A stretch of 64,000 bases of DNA from Mobula hypostoma (GCF_963921235.1 NC_086108.1:94366001-94430000), one strand, 5' to 3'; shown: positions 35,756 through 50,105, numbered from the stretch's first letter. The notes: generated from the letters alone by a model not told the origin. Made by a program: numbers and translations.

Positions 35756-36481
35756 TAGAATCTCTCTTTTCCATTTCTCTCCTGCCCTTCCAAGAATACT
35801 TGCAGGTTTAGGAGGGAGAATTAAAAAAACATCTTCACTACACAATAACATAAGTAGTTTGGGCATACACAGGAAAAAAACAATTATGTCCCTAAAGTTC
35901 AGGGGTCTCCATCCTTTTTTTATGCCATATACCCCTAACATTAACCAAGGGGTCTGTAGGTAATGATCAATTAAAAGTTTTCTGGTTGAACATTTTCCAC
36001 TAATTTGAAATTATTACTTCACTTCTACCTTAACCAACAAAGATTATTACAGTCCCCTCAAGGAACTAAGCAGAATTTATAAATTTGTGTTCAGCAACAT
36101 AAAAGTAAGATCCATAAACCAAACAATAAGATCTAAAAATCCTAATTTTCCTGCCACTGTTCATTCCACATTATAGATCCGTAAGTTTCTCACAGTACCA
36201 AATGCCATTTAAAAATCTTAACCTTTCCACCATTCTGCAACACAGACACATGATTTATTTGTACAACACAAGTATATCAATAGTTATGTTCTATGCAAAC
36301 AGCTAGTGGGCCACATTGAAGATAACACTCATTCCACAAAGAATAATGGAGGTAAAACATTACACGATTCTTCACTGTGAAAATATTTGCATATATTGTT
36401 CTGGGATTAAAAAGTAAAGAATAAAGCAAATGCTGTATTTTCAGCAACTACAATACCTGTGTACTTGGTTACCTATTAAGT

Positions 36482-36930
36482 GACACACAAAATGCTGAAG
36501 GAACTCAGCAGGTCAGGCAGCATCTATGGAATTGAATAAACAGTAGACATTTCAGACCAAGACCCTTCTTCAGGACGAAAGGAAGGGGGAAGGTGCCAAA
36601 ATAAAAAGGTCGGGGGATTGGGGTAGAGCGAAAGGTGACGGATGAAACCAAGTGGGTGGGGCTGGAGAAGAAGGAATCTAATAGGGGAGGAGAGTGGACC
36701 GTGGGAGAAAAATAAAGAAGGGGGAGCACTGGGGAAGGTAATAGGCAGGTGAGAAGAAGCAAGAGTGGGAAGGGAAAAGGGAAAAAAAAATTACCAGAAG
36801 GAGAAATCAAATGTCCATGCCATCAGGTTGGAGGCTACCTAGATTGAATACAAGGTGTTGGTCCTCCACCTGAGGGTGGCCTCATCATGACAAAAAAGGC
36901 ATGCCCAACATGGCAGAGCAGGAATGGTTT
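36482..36930 (-). mobile_element. Penelope 3' fragment (GIY-YIG C-terminus + terminus with hammerhead-like core at 36541-36576)
   Basis: Collinear with 19085-19620. The minus strand reads CTGAAGA...GAAATGTC. Confidence 0.75.
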
Positions 36931-37544
36931 AAATCAATGCACATTTACAGCATACAGCAAGTAAGAATCCACATCCAAAAAGAATCAAAAGAATGTAATA
37001 AATGGCTTGGTATCAATATATATTAAAAGAACTTTAACATGCATAGAAGCATAAAATGAAGATATCTCTACATGAAGTTTTAAACAAAAATAGAAAAACG
37101 CCTGAAGTACTCCACAAGTCAAGCAGTCTCTAAGACATAGAGACAAAGTGAACAATTCCGATCAAAGCAGCATCAGCAATGGAAAAGTGAGAAAATAAGT
37201 GTTTCAAGTTTCAGGCAGAGTTTGACCTATTAAATGTTTCCAGCATTTTCTTTTGTGCTCCACAGAAACTTTGTTTCTAACAGCTTTCCAGGGTGCCCGG
37301 AAATTGTAAACTTATTTATTGCTCTTCCATGATGTGCAGCCAATTCCCAGTATGCTTGTTTCCAGTATTTTTCCATATGTAATGCCAAGTATGGAGATTT
37401 TTGCAGTTTGTTTTTAAACCAATGGAAATCACTGTTGAAGCAGAAAACGCGAGAAATATTCAGCAGGTCAGACAGCATTTGTGGAGAAAAAGCAAGTTAA
37501 CATTTTAGACAGATGACCTTTCAGAAGACACGAGATCACATATG

Positions 37545-40320
37545 CTGGCTTTAGGATAACAATCTGCTGGAGGAACTCAGCAGAATTTGTGAGAGGGCCA
37601 AGGAATTATTGATGTTTCAGGTTAAAACCTTGCATCAGGACTGAGAATGGAGAGGGAGCTGGTCAAGAGGAGAGATTGGGTGGATGGTAAGGCAGGGGCC
37701 TGTAGTGGACCAAGAATGGGTAAAGAATGACTGGCAGATGGAGTCAGGTAGGAGAACAGAAGGGTTTAGAATTGAAATTCTTGGCGGATGGTATTAAATG
37801 GAGGAAGACAAAAAAAATACAGAAGGGGAGAGTGAAGATCTAAAAAGCTGGTTGATAACCAAGAACAAAAGGCCTGCTAGTGTAGTTAGAAGATGAGGAG
37901 AGGGTGAGAACAGGTGAGTAAAATATGTGGGTAGTAGGTAGACGGAGCCAGGATAGAGACAACCATTGGCAAAGGTGGGAGGGGTTACAGATAGTCGATA
38001 AAAATAGAACAGAATCAGAAAGAGAGGACATGGTGAAAATGCACACCAGTGGGGAGGGTTACTTGAAATAAAAACGTTATTGTTCAGCTCACAGTCACAT
38101 GGAATATGAGGTGTTGTTCCTAATTTGTGTGTGGCAGTAAGTGAAAGCCAAGGACAGACAAGTCGGGATGGGAATAGAACAGGGAATTGAAATACATGCA
38201 TCTGGGAACTCAGGATAGCGAGTACAGGTATCCTGCAAATAGGTCACCTACTCTGCACTTGGACTCACCGATGTATGACTTTTGCTGCCTCCTCTATGTG
38301 AAGTTGCAGGAGGTTCACGTGAATCTCTGCCTCACTTGGAAGGACCATTTAAGGCTGGGGATAGTGCCAAGGGAGGAAGTACAAAAACAAGTGTTGCATC
38401 TCATGCAGTTGCAGAAGCCCGGGAGGGTGGATGGGAGGGATGAGCAGACTGAGTCATCATGGAGAGAGTGGTCTGTGAAAAAGGAAGAAAAAGGTGGGGA
38501 AATCATGTGGCTAGTGGTGGGATCATGTTGTGACTAGTTAAAAAAAAGACAAAGGATGATGTGCTAGTTGTAGAGGGTCGTAAAGTGAAAGGTGAGGGCT
38601 AGGGGAACTTTGTTCTATTAGGAAGTGGGAGGGCAGAAGTCAGAGAAGCAGAGGGAGTGTGAGAGAAGACACCATCAACCACAGTAGAAGGAAAGCCACG
38701 CTTCCCAAAAAATAAAAACATTTCAGGTGTCCAGGTATGGAAAACCTTATCTTAAAAATAGATGCAGCAGACATGAGAAATTGGGCGAAGGGATTACATA
38801 ATTACAAAAGATGGGATGGGACGGGGTGGAATCTAAGTAGCCATGGGAAACTGAGCTTATAGTAAATATCAGTAGTTTATTTCATGAGATGGAGACAATC
38901 TAGAATAGGGAGAGAAGTGGTCTGAGTGAATTTAAGAGCAGGGTGTACATTAGTAACATAGGTGATAAAATTGATGAGATCTGCAAGTATGGGGGAAGCA
39001 GTAAAATTCAGTTTTAAATATTATGGAGAAAGTTGGGTTATGGTATGAGAAGGTTTGGAACAGGGACTATTCCACATTGCCAATGAGAAGACAGGCGTAA
39101 CTAGGGCCCCATGTGCAAGCCCATAGCTAAAACTTTGATTTGTAGAAGGTGAGAGCAGTCAAAAGAGACGTTATTCAGGGTAAGAGTGAATTCAGTAATG
39201 CAGTTGGAACAGATCAGATTGTTGCAAAAACAAAGCGTTTCAAAACCTTTCTGATGGGGGTTGTAGGTAAATAAAGACTGGACAATCATTCCAAAGACAA
39301 GACAGTGTGGGCTGAGGAATGGCAAGCTGTCAAAGTGGAAGGCATGCAGAGCACCTCAAATGAACATAGAACACTACAATGCAATACTGGCCCTTTGGCC
39401 CACAATGTTATGCTGATCTATATAAACCTACTCCACAATCTAACCTATCCCTCTTATAAGCCCATTACTCTCCATTTTCCTTACATCCATGTGCCTATGT
39501 AAGAGTTTTTTTTAATAGGTTCCAATTATTTCAGCCTCTGCTACTGCCCCTGGCAGTGCATTCAAGGTACCCACCACTCTGGAGAAAACACCTGCTATTG
39601 ATATCTCCCTAAACATTCCTCCACTCACGTTACACAAATGCCCTCTGGTACCACTGTTACCACCCAGGGAAAAAAGGTGTTGCTATCCATTCTATCCATG
39701 CCTCTCAATCTTATATACCACTATCTCCTTTTCTCCAAAGATAAAAGCCCTAGCTCACTCACCCCTTCCCAAGATATGCTCTCTCATCTAGGCAGCATCC
39801 TGGTACATTTCCTCTGCACCTTCGCTAAAACTCCAATATCCTTCCTATAGTGATTATATTACAACTGAATAAAGGCGTGACCAAAACTGATCAGAAAGGA
39901 CAGGAAAAGGGAAGTCAGGAAGATTTTTTTTTAGGTATAAGCAGATGTTTTGTGGAACAAGAGCAAGCAGAAACAATTGTCATACCAGGACAATCATTTT
40001 TGTAGGTCTTGGATAGAAGATGGAAGTAGGAAGGACTAGGTGAAAACACAATCAGGTTGGAGGCTATGGAGGGGTGGTCTCTTATGTGGTGAGATCTATG
40101 GTAATGCAGGAGACCGTGACCTCATGTTCATTGGTACAGACATGTTGCAGGGTTTGGTAAAGGCGGTCTCCAAAAGCTGCCATTTGACCTCTGCAAGGTA
40201 GTGGTCAGTCCACCAAACAACAACTGAACTGCCTCGTTTGCATGTTCAAACAGTAGGATGGGATTGGCACAAAGTAAATGGAGTGCTACCCATTCTGGCA
40301 AGGTTAGAGTTAGTGAGTGG
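37545..40320 (-). mobile_element. Long degraded Penelope-like element
   Basis: Terminus at about 37545-37645, CNCMRCNTC...SFQVRQRFT (38315..38506) and RT motif LLQIKVLAMGLHMGP (39101..39325). Confidence 0.7.
39362..39855 (-). mobile_element. CR1 3' end nested in Penelope
   Basis: gaacatagaaca tail and ggccctttggcccacaatgtt, the reverse complement of the CR1 3' UTR. Confidence 0.7.
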
Positions 40321-41124
40321 AATGAAGAAGTCAAAGTGCTTGATATGAGAGCATTTGGGAGATGAAAAGGCTAGAAGCAGCTGCCCTGTCATTAAAACTT
40401 GTTTGGACAAATGAATTGGCTCAGCATTTATTCAGTACAAACTAACCTGCCTGATTAGCATGCTGTTCGCAACAAGCATACTGTTCACCCTACCTCCAGT
40501 GTACCAAATAAATTACACCACAACTTACCCAAGCTACCCATAAATTGCACCCCATCCCTCAATTACCCTTGCCTTTCAAGATGAACCAAACCCTTCATCC
40601 TAATCCAGATGTGCTCCTGAATCCATATCCAATCCATTAGAAAGACCACTCATTTCCATTCCCAAAATATTGCCCATCATTGTTGAAACCTGCCAAGCTG
40701 CTGTTACCTCCAGCCCAAACTACTTCAATACAAATTTGTCTGGCAAGCCATCTCTGCTAAGTTTAGTAGCTAAGAAACTTGTACCTCACATCCTAACTTG
40801 CATCAATCCCATTGCCATTTGGAATTGAATACTACAGTCCAAGGTCACATAGTTCATGACAAATTGGCTGCTATCGGCCGAGAAGGCAGGATGCATTACA
40901 ACTAATTACTTAGTTTTCCCTGCTGATTACTAATTAACACACTCTGCTGCAAAATAAATCATTGCATACTTTGAGAGAACAATGACAGTCACAGAGGGAA
41001 AAAAAAGCAGCTGGGTGGAGGAACTCAGTAGGTCAGGCAGTATCTGTGTAGAAAAGAGTAGTTAATATTTTGGGTCAAAACCTTACATCAGCCATGAGTC
41101 TTTCCCATAAATACAAAATCATGT

Positions 41125-41928
41125 GAAAACATAGAAGAATAGAAACATAGAAAATGTACAGCACAAGACAGGCCCTTCGGCCCACAAAATTGTGCCGAAC
41201 ATGTCTCTACCTTAGAGATTACTAGGCTTACCTATAGTCCTCTATTTTTCTAAGCTCCATGTACCTATCCAAAAGTCTCTTCAAAGACCCTACCGTATCC
41301 GCCTCCACCACCGTTGCCGGCAGTCCATTCCACACACTCACCACTCTCTGAGTAAAAAAAACTTACCCCTGATATCTCCTCTGTACCTACTCCCCAGCAC
41401 CTTAAACCTGTGTCCTCTTGTGGCAACCATTTCAGCCCTGGGAAAAAGCCTCTGACTATTCACACGATCAATACATCTCATCATCTTATACACCTCTATC
41501 AGGTCACCTCTCATCTTCCGTCGCTCCAAGGAGAAAAGTCCGAGTTCACTCAACCTATTCTCATAAGGCATGCTCCCCAATCCAGGCAACGTCCTTGTAA
41601 ATCTCCTCTGCACCTTTTCTATGGTTTCCACATCCTTCCTGTAGTGAGGCGACCAGAACTGGGCACTCCAAGTGGAGTCTGACCAGGGTCCTATGTAGCT
41701 GCAACATTACCTCTCGGCTCCTAAATTCAATTCCACGATTGATGAAGGCCAATACACCATACACCTTCTTAACCACAGAGTCAACTTGCGCAGCTGCTTT
41801 GAGCGTCCTATGGACTCAGACCCCAAGATCCCTCTGATCCTCCACACTGCCAAGAGTCTTACCATTAATACTATACTCTGCCATCATATTTGACCTACCA
41901 AAATAAACCACTTCACACTTATCTGGGT
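41125..41928 (-). mobile_element. CR1 LINE 3' part
   Basis: ORFs 41338..41631 (EKVQRRFTRTLPGL) and 41561..41776. (CATAGAAA)n tail. Confidence 0.88.
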
Positions 41929-42707
41929 GAAAAGACTTATAAAATCTAGTCATGAGAGAGGGAAGAGGAACCAAAAAAAAAAAGAGAAGTCCTTGGGAAA
42001 ATATCAGCTTCTCAAGTAAATGGACAATCTGGTCAATCTCTAGATAAAGCTTCACTCTAAAGAAACCTGTAGTGTTCAGTTTGCTTGGTTTTCAAACCAC
42101 AATGGATTAGAGCATAGTGAAGGCTACTGCAAAATAATCCTAAACTCAATTGCTTATTTTGGTTTCTCCCCAACACAATATAGTCAGAATTACTTGGGAT
42201 ACTGCCAACATTCATAGTAAAGTTCAGTCTAACTGAGTGACAGAAAAGTCCAGTTCAACCCTACAGATTTGAGCAGCAGAGTCTGGTCACATTAGGATTT
42301 CTCCATCATGCTAATGAAGATAGATTCTAAATACATCTGACAGCTCAAAACTGGTCCTAGCATCACCGTGGACCATAAGCAGAGCCACGTAATTAGTAAT
42401 GCATCCTGTTTTATTATTTGTATTCTTACAGCCTGACATTCTCTTGATTTTATCATGAGAATCAAGATTACCTCTAGTTGAAGGAGTTTAAGAATCTAGT
42501 TGTTAATGATGGTAGACAATTAAATAGATGGTGGAAGGAGACAGAGCCTATATGAGAATGCTGAAGCAAAGCTGAACGATTCACAAACCTGTTTGTGAGA
42601 AACTTCAAGTCAATAATCTCTACATCAGTTTCCATTCAAGATCCTCACCACCATAATAGACAGTTCTAAGTCAGTTCAATTCAATTGCCATCCTGAAGAC
42701 TTGCGTT

Positions 42708-45700
42708 TGTCTCAAATTAATCAGATTTATAATCAAAATGATCGACTGATACTTGATCATGCGGGGATTAATCAAACCTTTTTTGATTTTTATTCTTCCT
42801 TATATCAATCAGAGTCCTCTCGAGACTCTAAATATATGAATGATTTTTTAGATAACCTAGAATTCCCTGAGATTTCACGGGATATGTCTTCTATGCTAGA
42901 TACTCCCATTACCACTGATGAGATTAAGAATGTTATTTCCTCTATGAACCTGGGGAAAGCTCCTGGCCTTGATGGGTTTACCGCAGAATTTTATAAATGT
43001 TTTGCATCTTCATTAATCCCGTGGTTCTGTAGGGTTTTCGAGGCTTCATTAAAACTGGGTAAACTTCCCGAATCTTTCAATAGAGCGTCAATCTCTCTAA
43101 TATTAAAGAAGGATAAAGATCCTGCTCAATGTGCATCTTATAGACCAATATCTTTATTAAATGTTGATTCTAAAATTTTTTCTAAATTATTAGCAAACAG
43201 ATTAGAAAAAGTACTTCCTTTTATTATTTCGGAAGACCAAACGGGTTTTATTAAAGGTCGTTACTCTTTCTATAACATACATACACTGTTAAATATTGTT
43301 TATACCCCCTCACAAAGGTATAAAGTGAGTGTGTTATCTCTTTAGATGCTGAGAAAGCTTTTGATAGAGTAGAATGGCCTTACTTATTTAAGGTGCTTGA
43401 AATGTTTAATTTTAGCTCGAAATTTATATCCTGAATTAAACTGTTATATCATTCTCCTGTAGCCTCGGTCCGTACTAACTCTTTAAGCTCACCTTTTTTC
43501 CCTCTTTTTCGAGGTACTCGACAAGGCTGTCCTCTTAGTCCTTTATTATTTGATATTGCATTAGAACCTCTTGCAATTGCCATTCGAGAATCTCCAAATA
43601 TTACTGGGATAACTCGGGGCTTAAAGTCCCATAAAATATCACTCTATGCTGATGACTTACTTTTATATATTTCTAATCCTCAAAAATCCATCCCTGCTGT
43701 TTTAGATTTATTAGCACAATTTAGTCTTTTTTCAGGTTATAAATTAAATCTTAGTAAGAGTGAACTTTTCCCGATTAATAAACAACTTCCCTTATATCAC
43801 AACTTTCCGTTTAAATTGATTAATAATTATTTTTCATATCTTGGGATTAAAATTACTTGTAAACACAAAGATTTATTTAAGATTAATTTTTTACCCTTAA
43901 TTGACCATATTACTCAACTTTCATCTAAATGGTTTCCATCATATTTAACTTTGATTGGTCGTATTAATGCAGTTAAGATGTTTTTTCTGCCAAAATTTTT
44001 ATATATATTTCAGGCATTACCAATTTTTGTTCCAAAATCTTTTTTTGATAAAGTTGACTCAAAAATTTCTTCATTTATTTGGCAAAATAAAAACCCGAGA
44101 CTGGGTAAAAATACATTTACAGAAAGCTAAGAGAGATGGAGGTTTAGCATTACCTAACTTTAGATTCTATTATTGGGCAATTAATATTCAACATATGAAA
44201 TTTTGGTTACTTGACCAGGATATACTATCCATTCCTAAATGGGTAGTATTGGAATTACAATCTGCTCAGGGCTATACACTTGGCTCTATTTTAGGTTCCT
44301 CTCTTCCTTTTGATTTGAAACGCCTCAAACAGGTCTCTAACCCGATAGTTAGATATACCTTACGTATTTGGTTTCAATTCAGAAAATTTTTTGATCTTAA
44401 CCAATTTGGGCTAGCAATTCCTATTTTAGGTAACATATTTTTTCCTCCTTCTTTCACGGATCGTGCTTTTCAAATTTGGAAGACTAAGGGTATTTCATGG
44501 TTTTTGGATTTATTTTTAGATGGTTCCCTTAGGTCTTTTGAACAATTATCTAATAAATATAATTTATCAAGAATACATTTTTTTTTTAGATATCTACAAG
44601 TTAGAAATTTCCTAAGTACTATACTTTCTTCCTTTCCAATGCTTCCTCCTACATATATTTTAGATACTATAATTAACCTTAATCCATGTCAGAAAGGTGC
44701 ATCGGCTATGATTTATAATATTATTACGAAACTTGGGAAAGCTCCATTTGATAAGATTAGGGTAGATTGGGAACAGGAATTGGGCTCTATCATTTCCGTG
44801 GATGACTGGGGGCAGATTTTACAATTAGTCAATACTTCCTCTATCTGTGCTAAACATTCCCTAATTCAATTTAAAGTTGTTCATAGAGCACATATGTCCA
44901 AAGATAAATTAGCTCATTTTTATTCTCATATTAATCCTTTTTGTGATAGATGTCCGGGGCAGATAGCCTCTTTAACTCATATGTTTTGGTCTTGTCCTAC
45001 TCTGGAAACTTTTTGGAGAGATATTTTTAATATTATCTCAAAGGTATTGAATATAGATCTCTCTCCTCACCCTATTACTGCTATCTTTGGATTACCTAAA
45101 ATTTCCAGTAATCTTTCTCCTTCAGCCCGTAGAATGATTACATTTCTTACTTTAATGGCGAAAAGATGTATCTTACAACATTGGAAAGAGCTTAATGCTC
45201 CATCTACCTTTTTTTGGTTTTCTCAGACGATATTATGCTTGAATTTGGAGAAAATTAGAAGCAATCTTTATGATTCCTCACTTAAATTTGAACAGACCTG
45301 GAGATCTTTTATTCAATATTTTCATTTAATGTAATTTTTTTTCTTCCCCTTTTTGCTCCATATTTATATTCCCTTCTTGTTTTTTTTTTACTGTTTTTAA
45401 TGGAGGTCGGGTTTGAGGACGTGATTTTAAGTCTTTTAACTCTACTTGTTTCCAAGTTAGCCCATTGCTTTGCTTTGCTTTTAGTTTAGTTGCACAGTGG
45501 TTTTTTTGGGGTTTTTTTTTTCCGTTTTCTATTGATAGATATATATATATATATAAAAATTAGTATACTATTATGTTACCTTATTATTTTATGTTTAAAT
45601 TACATTGTTTGTATCATTTATTTTCTGTTTTAATATCTCCTGTAATTTTATTATATTCTAACAGTGTATTAGTGCCTATATGGCTTACCTTTTGTATACT

Positions 45701-45729
45701 TATTCAATAAAAAGATTTAAAAAGGAAGA
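42708..45729 (+). mobile_element. L1-clade LINE, 5'-truncated, ORF2 pseudogene
   Basis: 12-bp TSD AAGACTTGCGTT (42696-42707, 45730-45741). Motifs KAPGLDGF, YRPISLLN, DAEKAFD, GTRQGCPLSP, LYADD (43641-43655), GGLALP and CCHC CDRC..HMFWSC. AATAAA at 45706-45711. Confidence 0.95.
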
Positions 45730-46349
45730 AAGACTTGCGTTCCAGAATGAGTTGCACCTCTGACTAGGCTGTTGATTCCATCCAAAAACATGCCCATTTA
45801 ATCAGAAAGTCCTGCTCACAATGGAAAAAAAAAGCAGGATAAATCCATTCAGTTAACAAATGTCTAATGTAACCTCAGTCAGTGATGGAAAACAACTGTT
45901 GACATCATCAAGTAACATTTATTCACCAGTACCTAGTTTGGAACATGCTAGGGCAACTCAGCTTCAAACCTCACACCCCAGGTCCAAACAAAAAAGACTG
46001 ATATCAAAGCAACATTTGACCCAATGTGGCATCAAGGAGCTCTGGTACAATCAATGATCTACATGCATCATCACACTAGATAGTTCAGAGTGTTGTAGGT
46101 CAATTATGCCAGCTCCCACCTCCACAATCAAAATTCTGGTGGTCATCACTGACCTGAAAATTAACTACGTAAGCCACATAAATACCATGCTTACAAGAGC
46201 AGGTTAGACTCCAACTACACCTCCACAAATGACTTACATCCTACAGTCTGAAGCCTTTCCACCATCTAAAGGCACAAGAGCTGGATAGAATACTTCTCCA
46301 CTTGCCTTGATGAGTGCAGCTCCAACAAATCAAGCAGCTTGATACCAAG

Positions 46350-46745
46350 AGAGAGGATAGGCTGGGTATGCTTTCCTTGGAGCAGAAGGCCAGAGGATCT
46401 GATATAAACACAAAATTCTGAGGAGCATAGACAGGGTAGATATTAAGAAACTTTTCTCATGGCAGAATTGTTTAGGACAATTGGGTATAGATTTAAGGTG
46501 AAGTGTATGAGATTTAGAGTGAATCCAAGAAAGAAATTTTTACCTTACCCAGATGGTTGTTGAACTTTGGAGCACTACCTGAGAAGGTGAAGGAAGCAGG
46601 CACTCTCACAATATTTAACCATCTGGATAAGCTGTTGAAATATGAAGGCATAGCATGTTATAGACCAAGTGGTGATAAATGCATTCATTGCTATATGGAC
46701 ACAGTGGAATAAAGGGCATGTTTCTATGTAATATTGTTCTGTCTT
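46350..46745 (+). mobile_element. Old CR1 3' fragment
   Basis: ggataggctgggtatgctttccttggagcagaagg...agggcatgtttctatg resembles the other CR1 3' ends in the window. Confidence 0.55.
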
Positions 46746-47184
46746 TAAGGACAAGATAACCTATTGGACTGCGGCCCCATCCATTACCCTAACAATCCAT
46801 TCTCTCCACCTTCAATATGTCACACCAAGATCAAAATGCACAGCAATTACTCACGTAGGCTACAGCAACTCAAAAGTCCATGAGCTTCATCAACAAGAAC
46901 TGGCATCTTCTTGCATCCACTTACAGGTTCCTCTAAAGACTGCTCACCATCCTGACATGAAAATATATGACTGCAAATAAATTCACCACAAGAATAGCTT
47001 CAATTCAAGGTGTCTAATCTCAGTCTTTCAACGATCTTTAGGGATGGGAAATAAATGTTTGCAAGCATTACCTGCATCTAGGAAATGAATGAATAATTTA
47101 CTTATTGAGATACAGATAACTCCCGATTTAACCCTAGCCTAAAATTGGGACAATTTACAATGATTGATAAGAGGCAGTGAGCAG

Positions 47185-48228
47185 AAATAAAAGTGGCTGC
47201 CAGTGACTAGTGGCGTTCTATAGATGTTGGTGTTGGGACCACTTCTTTTTATGCTGTATATCAATGATTTAGATGATGGAATAGATGGCTTTGTTGCCAA
47301 GTTTGCCGATGACACGAAGGTTGAGGAGGGGCAGGTAGTGTTGAGGAAACAGGTAGGCTGCTGAAGACTTAGACAGATTAGGAGAATGGGCAGGAAAGTG
47401 GCAAATGAAATACAATGTTGGAAAATGCACTGTCATGCATTTTGGTAAAAGAAATAAATGTGCAGACTATTTTCTAAAAGGGGAGAAAATCCAAAAATCT
47501 GAGATGTAAAGGGACTTGGAAGTCCTTGTGCAGAACACCCTAAAGGTTAACTTGCAGGTTGAGTTGGTGATAAGGAAGGCAAATGCAATGTTAGCATTCA
47601 TTTCAAGAGGTTTAGAATACAAGAGCAGGGATGAGATGTAGAGGCATTACAAGGTACTGGTGAGTCCTCACCTTGAGCATTGCCAAGTTTTGGGCCCCTC
47701 ATCTTAGAAAGGATGTGCTGGCATTGGAGAAGATCCAGAGGAGGTTCACAAGGATGATTCCAGGAATGAAAGGGGTTTCATACAAGGAACATCTGATGGC
47801 TCTGGGCCTGTACTCGCTGGAATTCAGAAGGATTGGGGGGGCGGGGGGAAATCTCACTGAAACCTTTCAAATGTTGAAATGCTAGACAGCGCAAATGTGG
47901 AAAGGATGTTTCCCATGGTGGGAGAGTCTAGGACAAGAGGGCACAGCCTCAGGATAGAGGGGTGTCAGAGATGCAAAGAAATTTCTTTCGCAAGAGGGTG
48001 GTGAATTTGTTACTACAGACAGCCATGGAGGCTAGGTTATTAGGTGTATTTAAGGTGGAGATTGATAGGTTCTTGATTGGCCACGGCATCAAAAGTTACG
48101 GAGAAAAAGCCGGGGTGTGGGGCTGAGGAGGGAGAAAAGAAAAAGGATCAGCCAACTGAATGGCGGAGCAGACTCGATGGGCCAAATGGTCTAATTCTAC
48201 TCCAATGCCCTATTGTCTTATGGTCTAA
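47185..48228 (+). mobile_element. CR1 LINE, 5'-truncated
   Basis: INDLDDGIDGFVAKFADD at about 47260-47315 and ORF 47673..47885. Same subfamily as 8330-9878. Tail tcttatggtcta. Confidence 0.85.
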
Positions 48229-48230
48229 TT

Positions 48231-49555
48231 CAGAGGTCCTCAACTTTTTTTGCACCGTGGACCGGTTTAATATTGACAATATTCTTGTGAACCAGCCGAC
48301 CCAGGGGCAGGGGGGTGGTAGGGTTGCCAACTTTCTCACTGTGTTTACCCCAAGAAAGACTACCATGACCATGAAGCCTTGCGCGGGCACCTGTATACAC
48401 ATGCATGACGTGCGCATGCATGACGTGCCAATATTTTTCTACAAATTGTTTTTGGTGATTCTGTTCAGTGAAACTACACTGTACATATATTATTTCTACT
48501 TTATATAGGCTGTGTATTTATATCATTCCTACTTTTACCATATGTTAGTGTTATTTTAGGTTTTATGTGTTATTTGGTATGATTTTTTGGGTCTGGGAAC
48601 GCTCAAAATTTTTTCCCCTATAAATTAATGGTAATTGCTTCTGCGCTTTACGCCATTTCAGCACAAAAGATTTCATAGGAATGCTCTACCTTAGCAGGGG
48701 AAATACGGGACAAGGGCAGTCCCGTATGGGACAAACCAATTTAGCCCAATATACGGGATGTCCAGGCTAATACAAGCCAACCCTGGGGGGGGGAGGAAGA
48801 GGTGGTGTTAATCATGACCAGAATATAGGTGATAATCAACTATAAGTCACTTCTAAGTGGCTAATACACTCAATTTCGTTTCTAAAAGGGTTTATCTAAT
48901 GAATTTAATATTAAACACACAGCGTATATTTTCCTCGCATGAATATAACCAATTATCAGTCACTTATAAGTCAATAGCATAACATTTTAAGTAACATTTG
49001 GATATTAAACATACAGCACATATTTTCCTTGTATGAACATATAAAATCATTGCAACACATCAATATTGGTGAATCAGTGGGAGCCCTGGGCTTGTTTCCC
49101 TGAAACAAGACGGTCCCATGGAGGGGTGATGGGAGACAGCGATACTCGAAGGGGGTTCCTTGTGTCCAGTCTATTCCACAATTTAGTTTTCGTTGCATTC
49201 ATTGCAGAAAACCCCGCTGCGCAGAGATATGTTGGAAATGGAAGCAACGTTTTTAGTGCTTTCATGGCTATCTCAGGATATTCAGCCTTGACTTTGATCC
49301 AGAATGCCGGCAGAGATGTTATGTCAAACATACTTTTCAACCCGTCGTCAATTACAAGCTCAAGGAGTTGATCTTCTTCCCGCGCTGACATGGATGACGC
49401 GTGCGTAATGACCTCGCGTGTATTCAAGTTCAACAGTGCGTGACAGGGAATGAGGAAAAGTGCAGCTGACTCATATCGTTTCATACCGCCAAATCATATT
49501 GTTTCCTCGCAGCCCAGCAGCACATGCTTTGCGGCCCAGTGGTTGGGGACCACTG
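48231..49555 (-). mobile_element. hAT (Charlie/Buster-type) non-autonomous composite element
   Basis: TIRs CAGAGGTCCTCAAC / GTTGGGGACCACTG and 8-bp TSD GTCTAATT (48223-48230, 49556-49563). hAT dimerisation domain FWIKVKAEYPEIA...LLPFPTYLCAAGFS (ORF 49074..49484). Confidence 0.92.
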
Positions 49556-50052
49556 GTCTAATTAACCTACCCACTGGTATGCCTTGGGAATGTAGGTGGG
49601 AAACTGGAGGAACTGAAGGAAATTCACAAGGTCACAGGGAGAATGTACAAACCCCTTACAGATAGCGATGGGAATTGAACCTACATCTCTAATACTGTAA
49701 AGTATTATGCTAACTACTACGCTTCCACGCTGCCCCCTAATATTATGCTAGGAGAATTCCCTCTCTAACCTACACTACTCAGACATGGCATTTTCGCAAG
49801 ACCCTCTTTCAGTTAATGGGGATTCATAGCCTCCAGAAAAAGCAAAGTATTTTTAATTATTATATGCAATTGTCAGCAATTTTAATGTTTTAATGATTGA
49901 AATTGCATCCACTTTAAACAGCTGAATATTGGGTGGCATTTAAAAACTGAATTTTAAAGGAGACAAAAGCTTAATAATAGCATTACCTTTTATCAGGAGC
50001 AATCCAAGAGTAGGGCCTCAAGACTACATGGAAGGATTAGGTATAACAGAGA

Positions 50053-50097
50053 CAGACATCCCACCCTGCAAAAACTCATTTCAGGGAGGTAGCACCA
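50053..50097. mobile_element. Isolated terminus of the 6-bp-TSD MITE family
   Basis: CAGACATCCCACCCTGCAAAAACTCATTTCAGGGAGGTAGCACCA matches 15305-15349. Confidence 0.8.
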
Positions 50098-50105
50098 CAA
50101 CCCCC

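Larger units (their letters stand above)
47090..49737 (-). mobile_element. V-SINE split by CR1 and hAT insertions (pieces about 47090-47165 and 49561-49737)
   Basis: ggacaatttacaatga | attaacctacc...gtgggaaactggaggaac...gggaattgaacc...atgctaactactacgc is the reverse complement of the V-domain and tRNA-like head. Confidence 0.65.
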
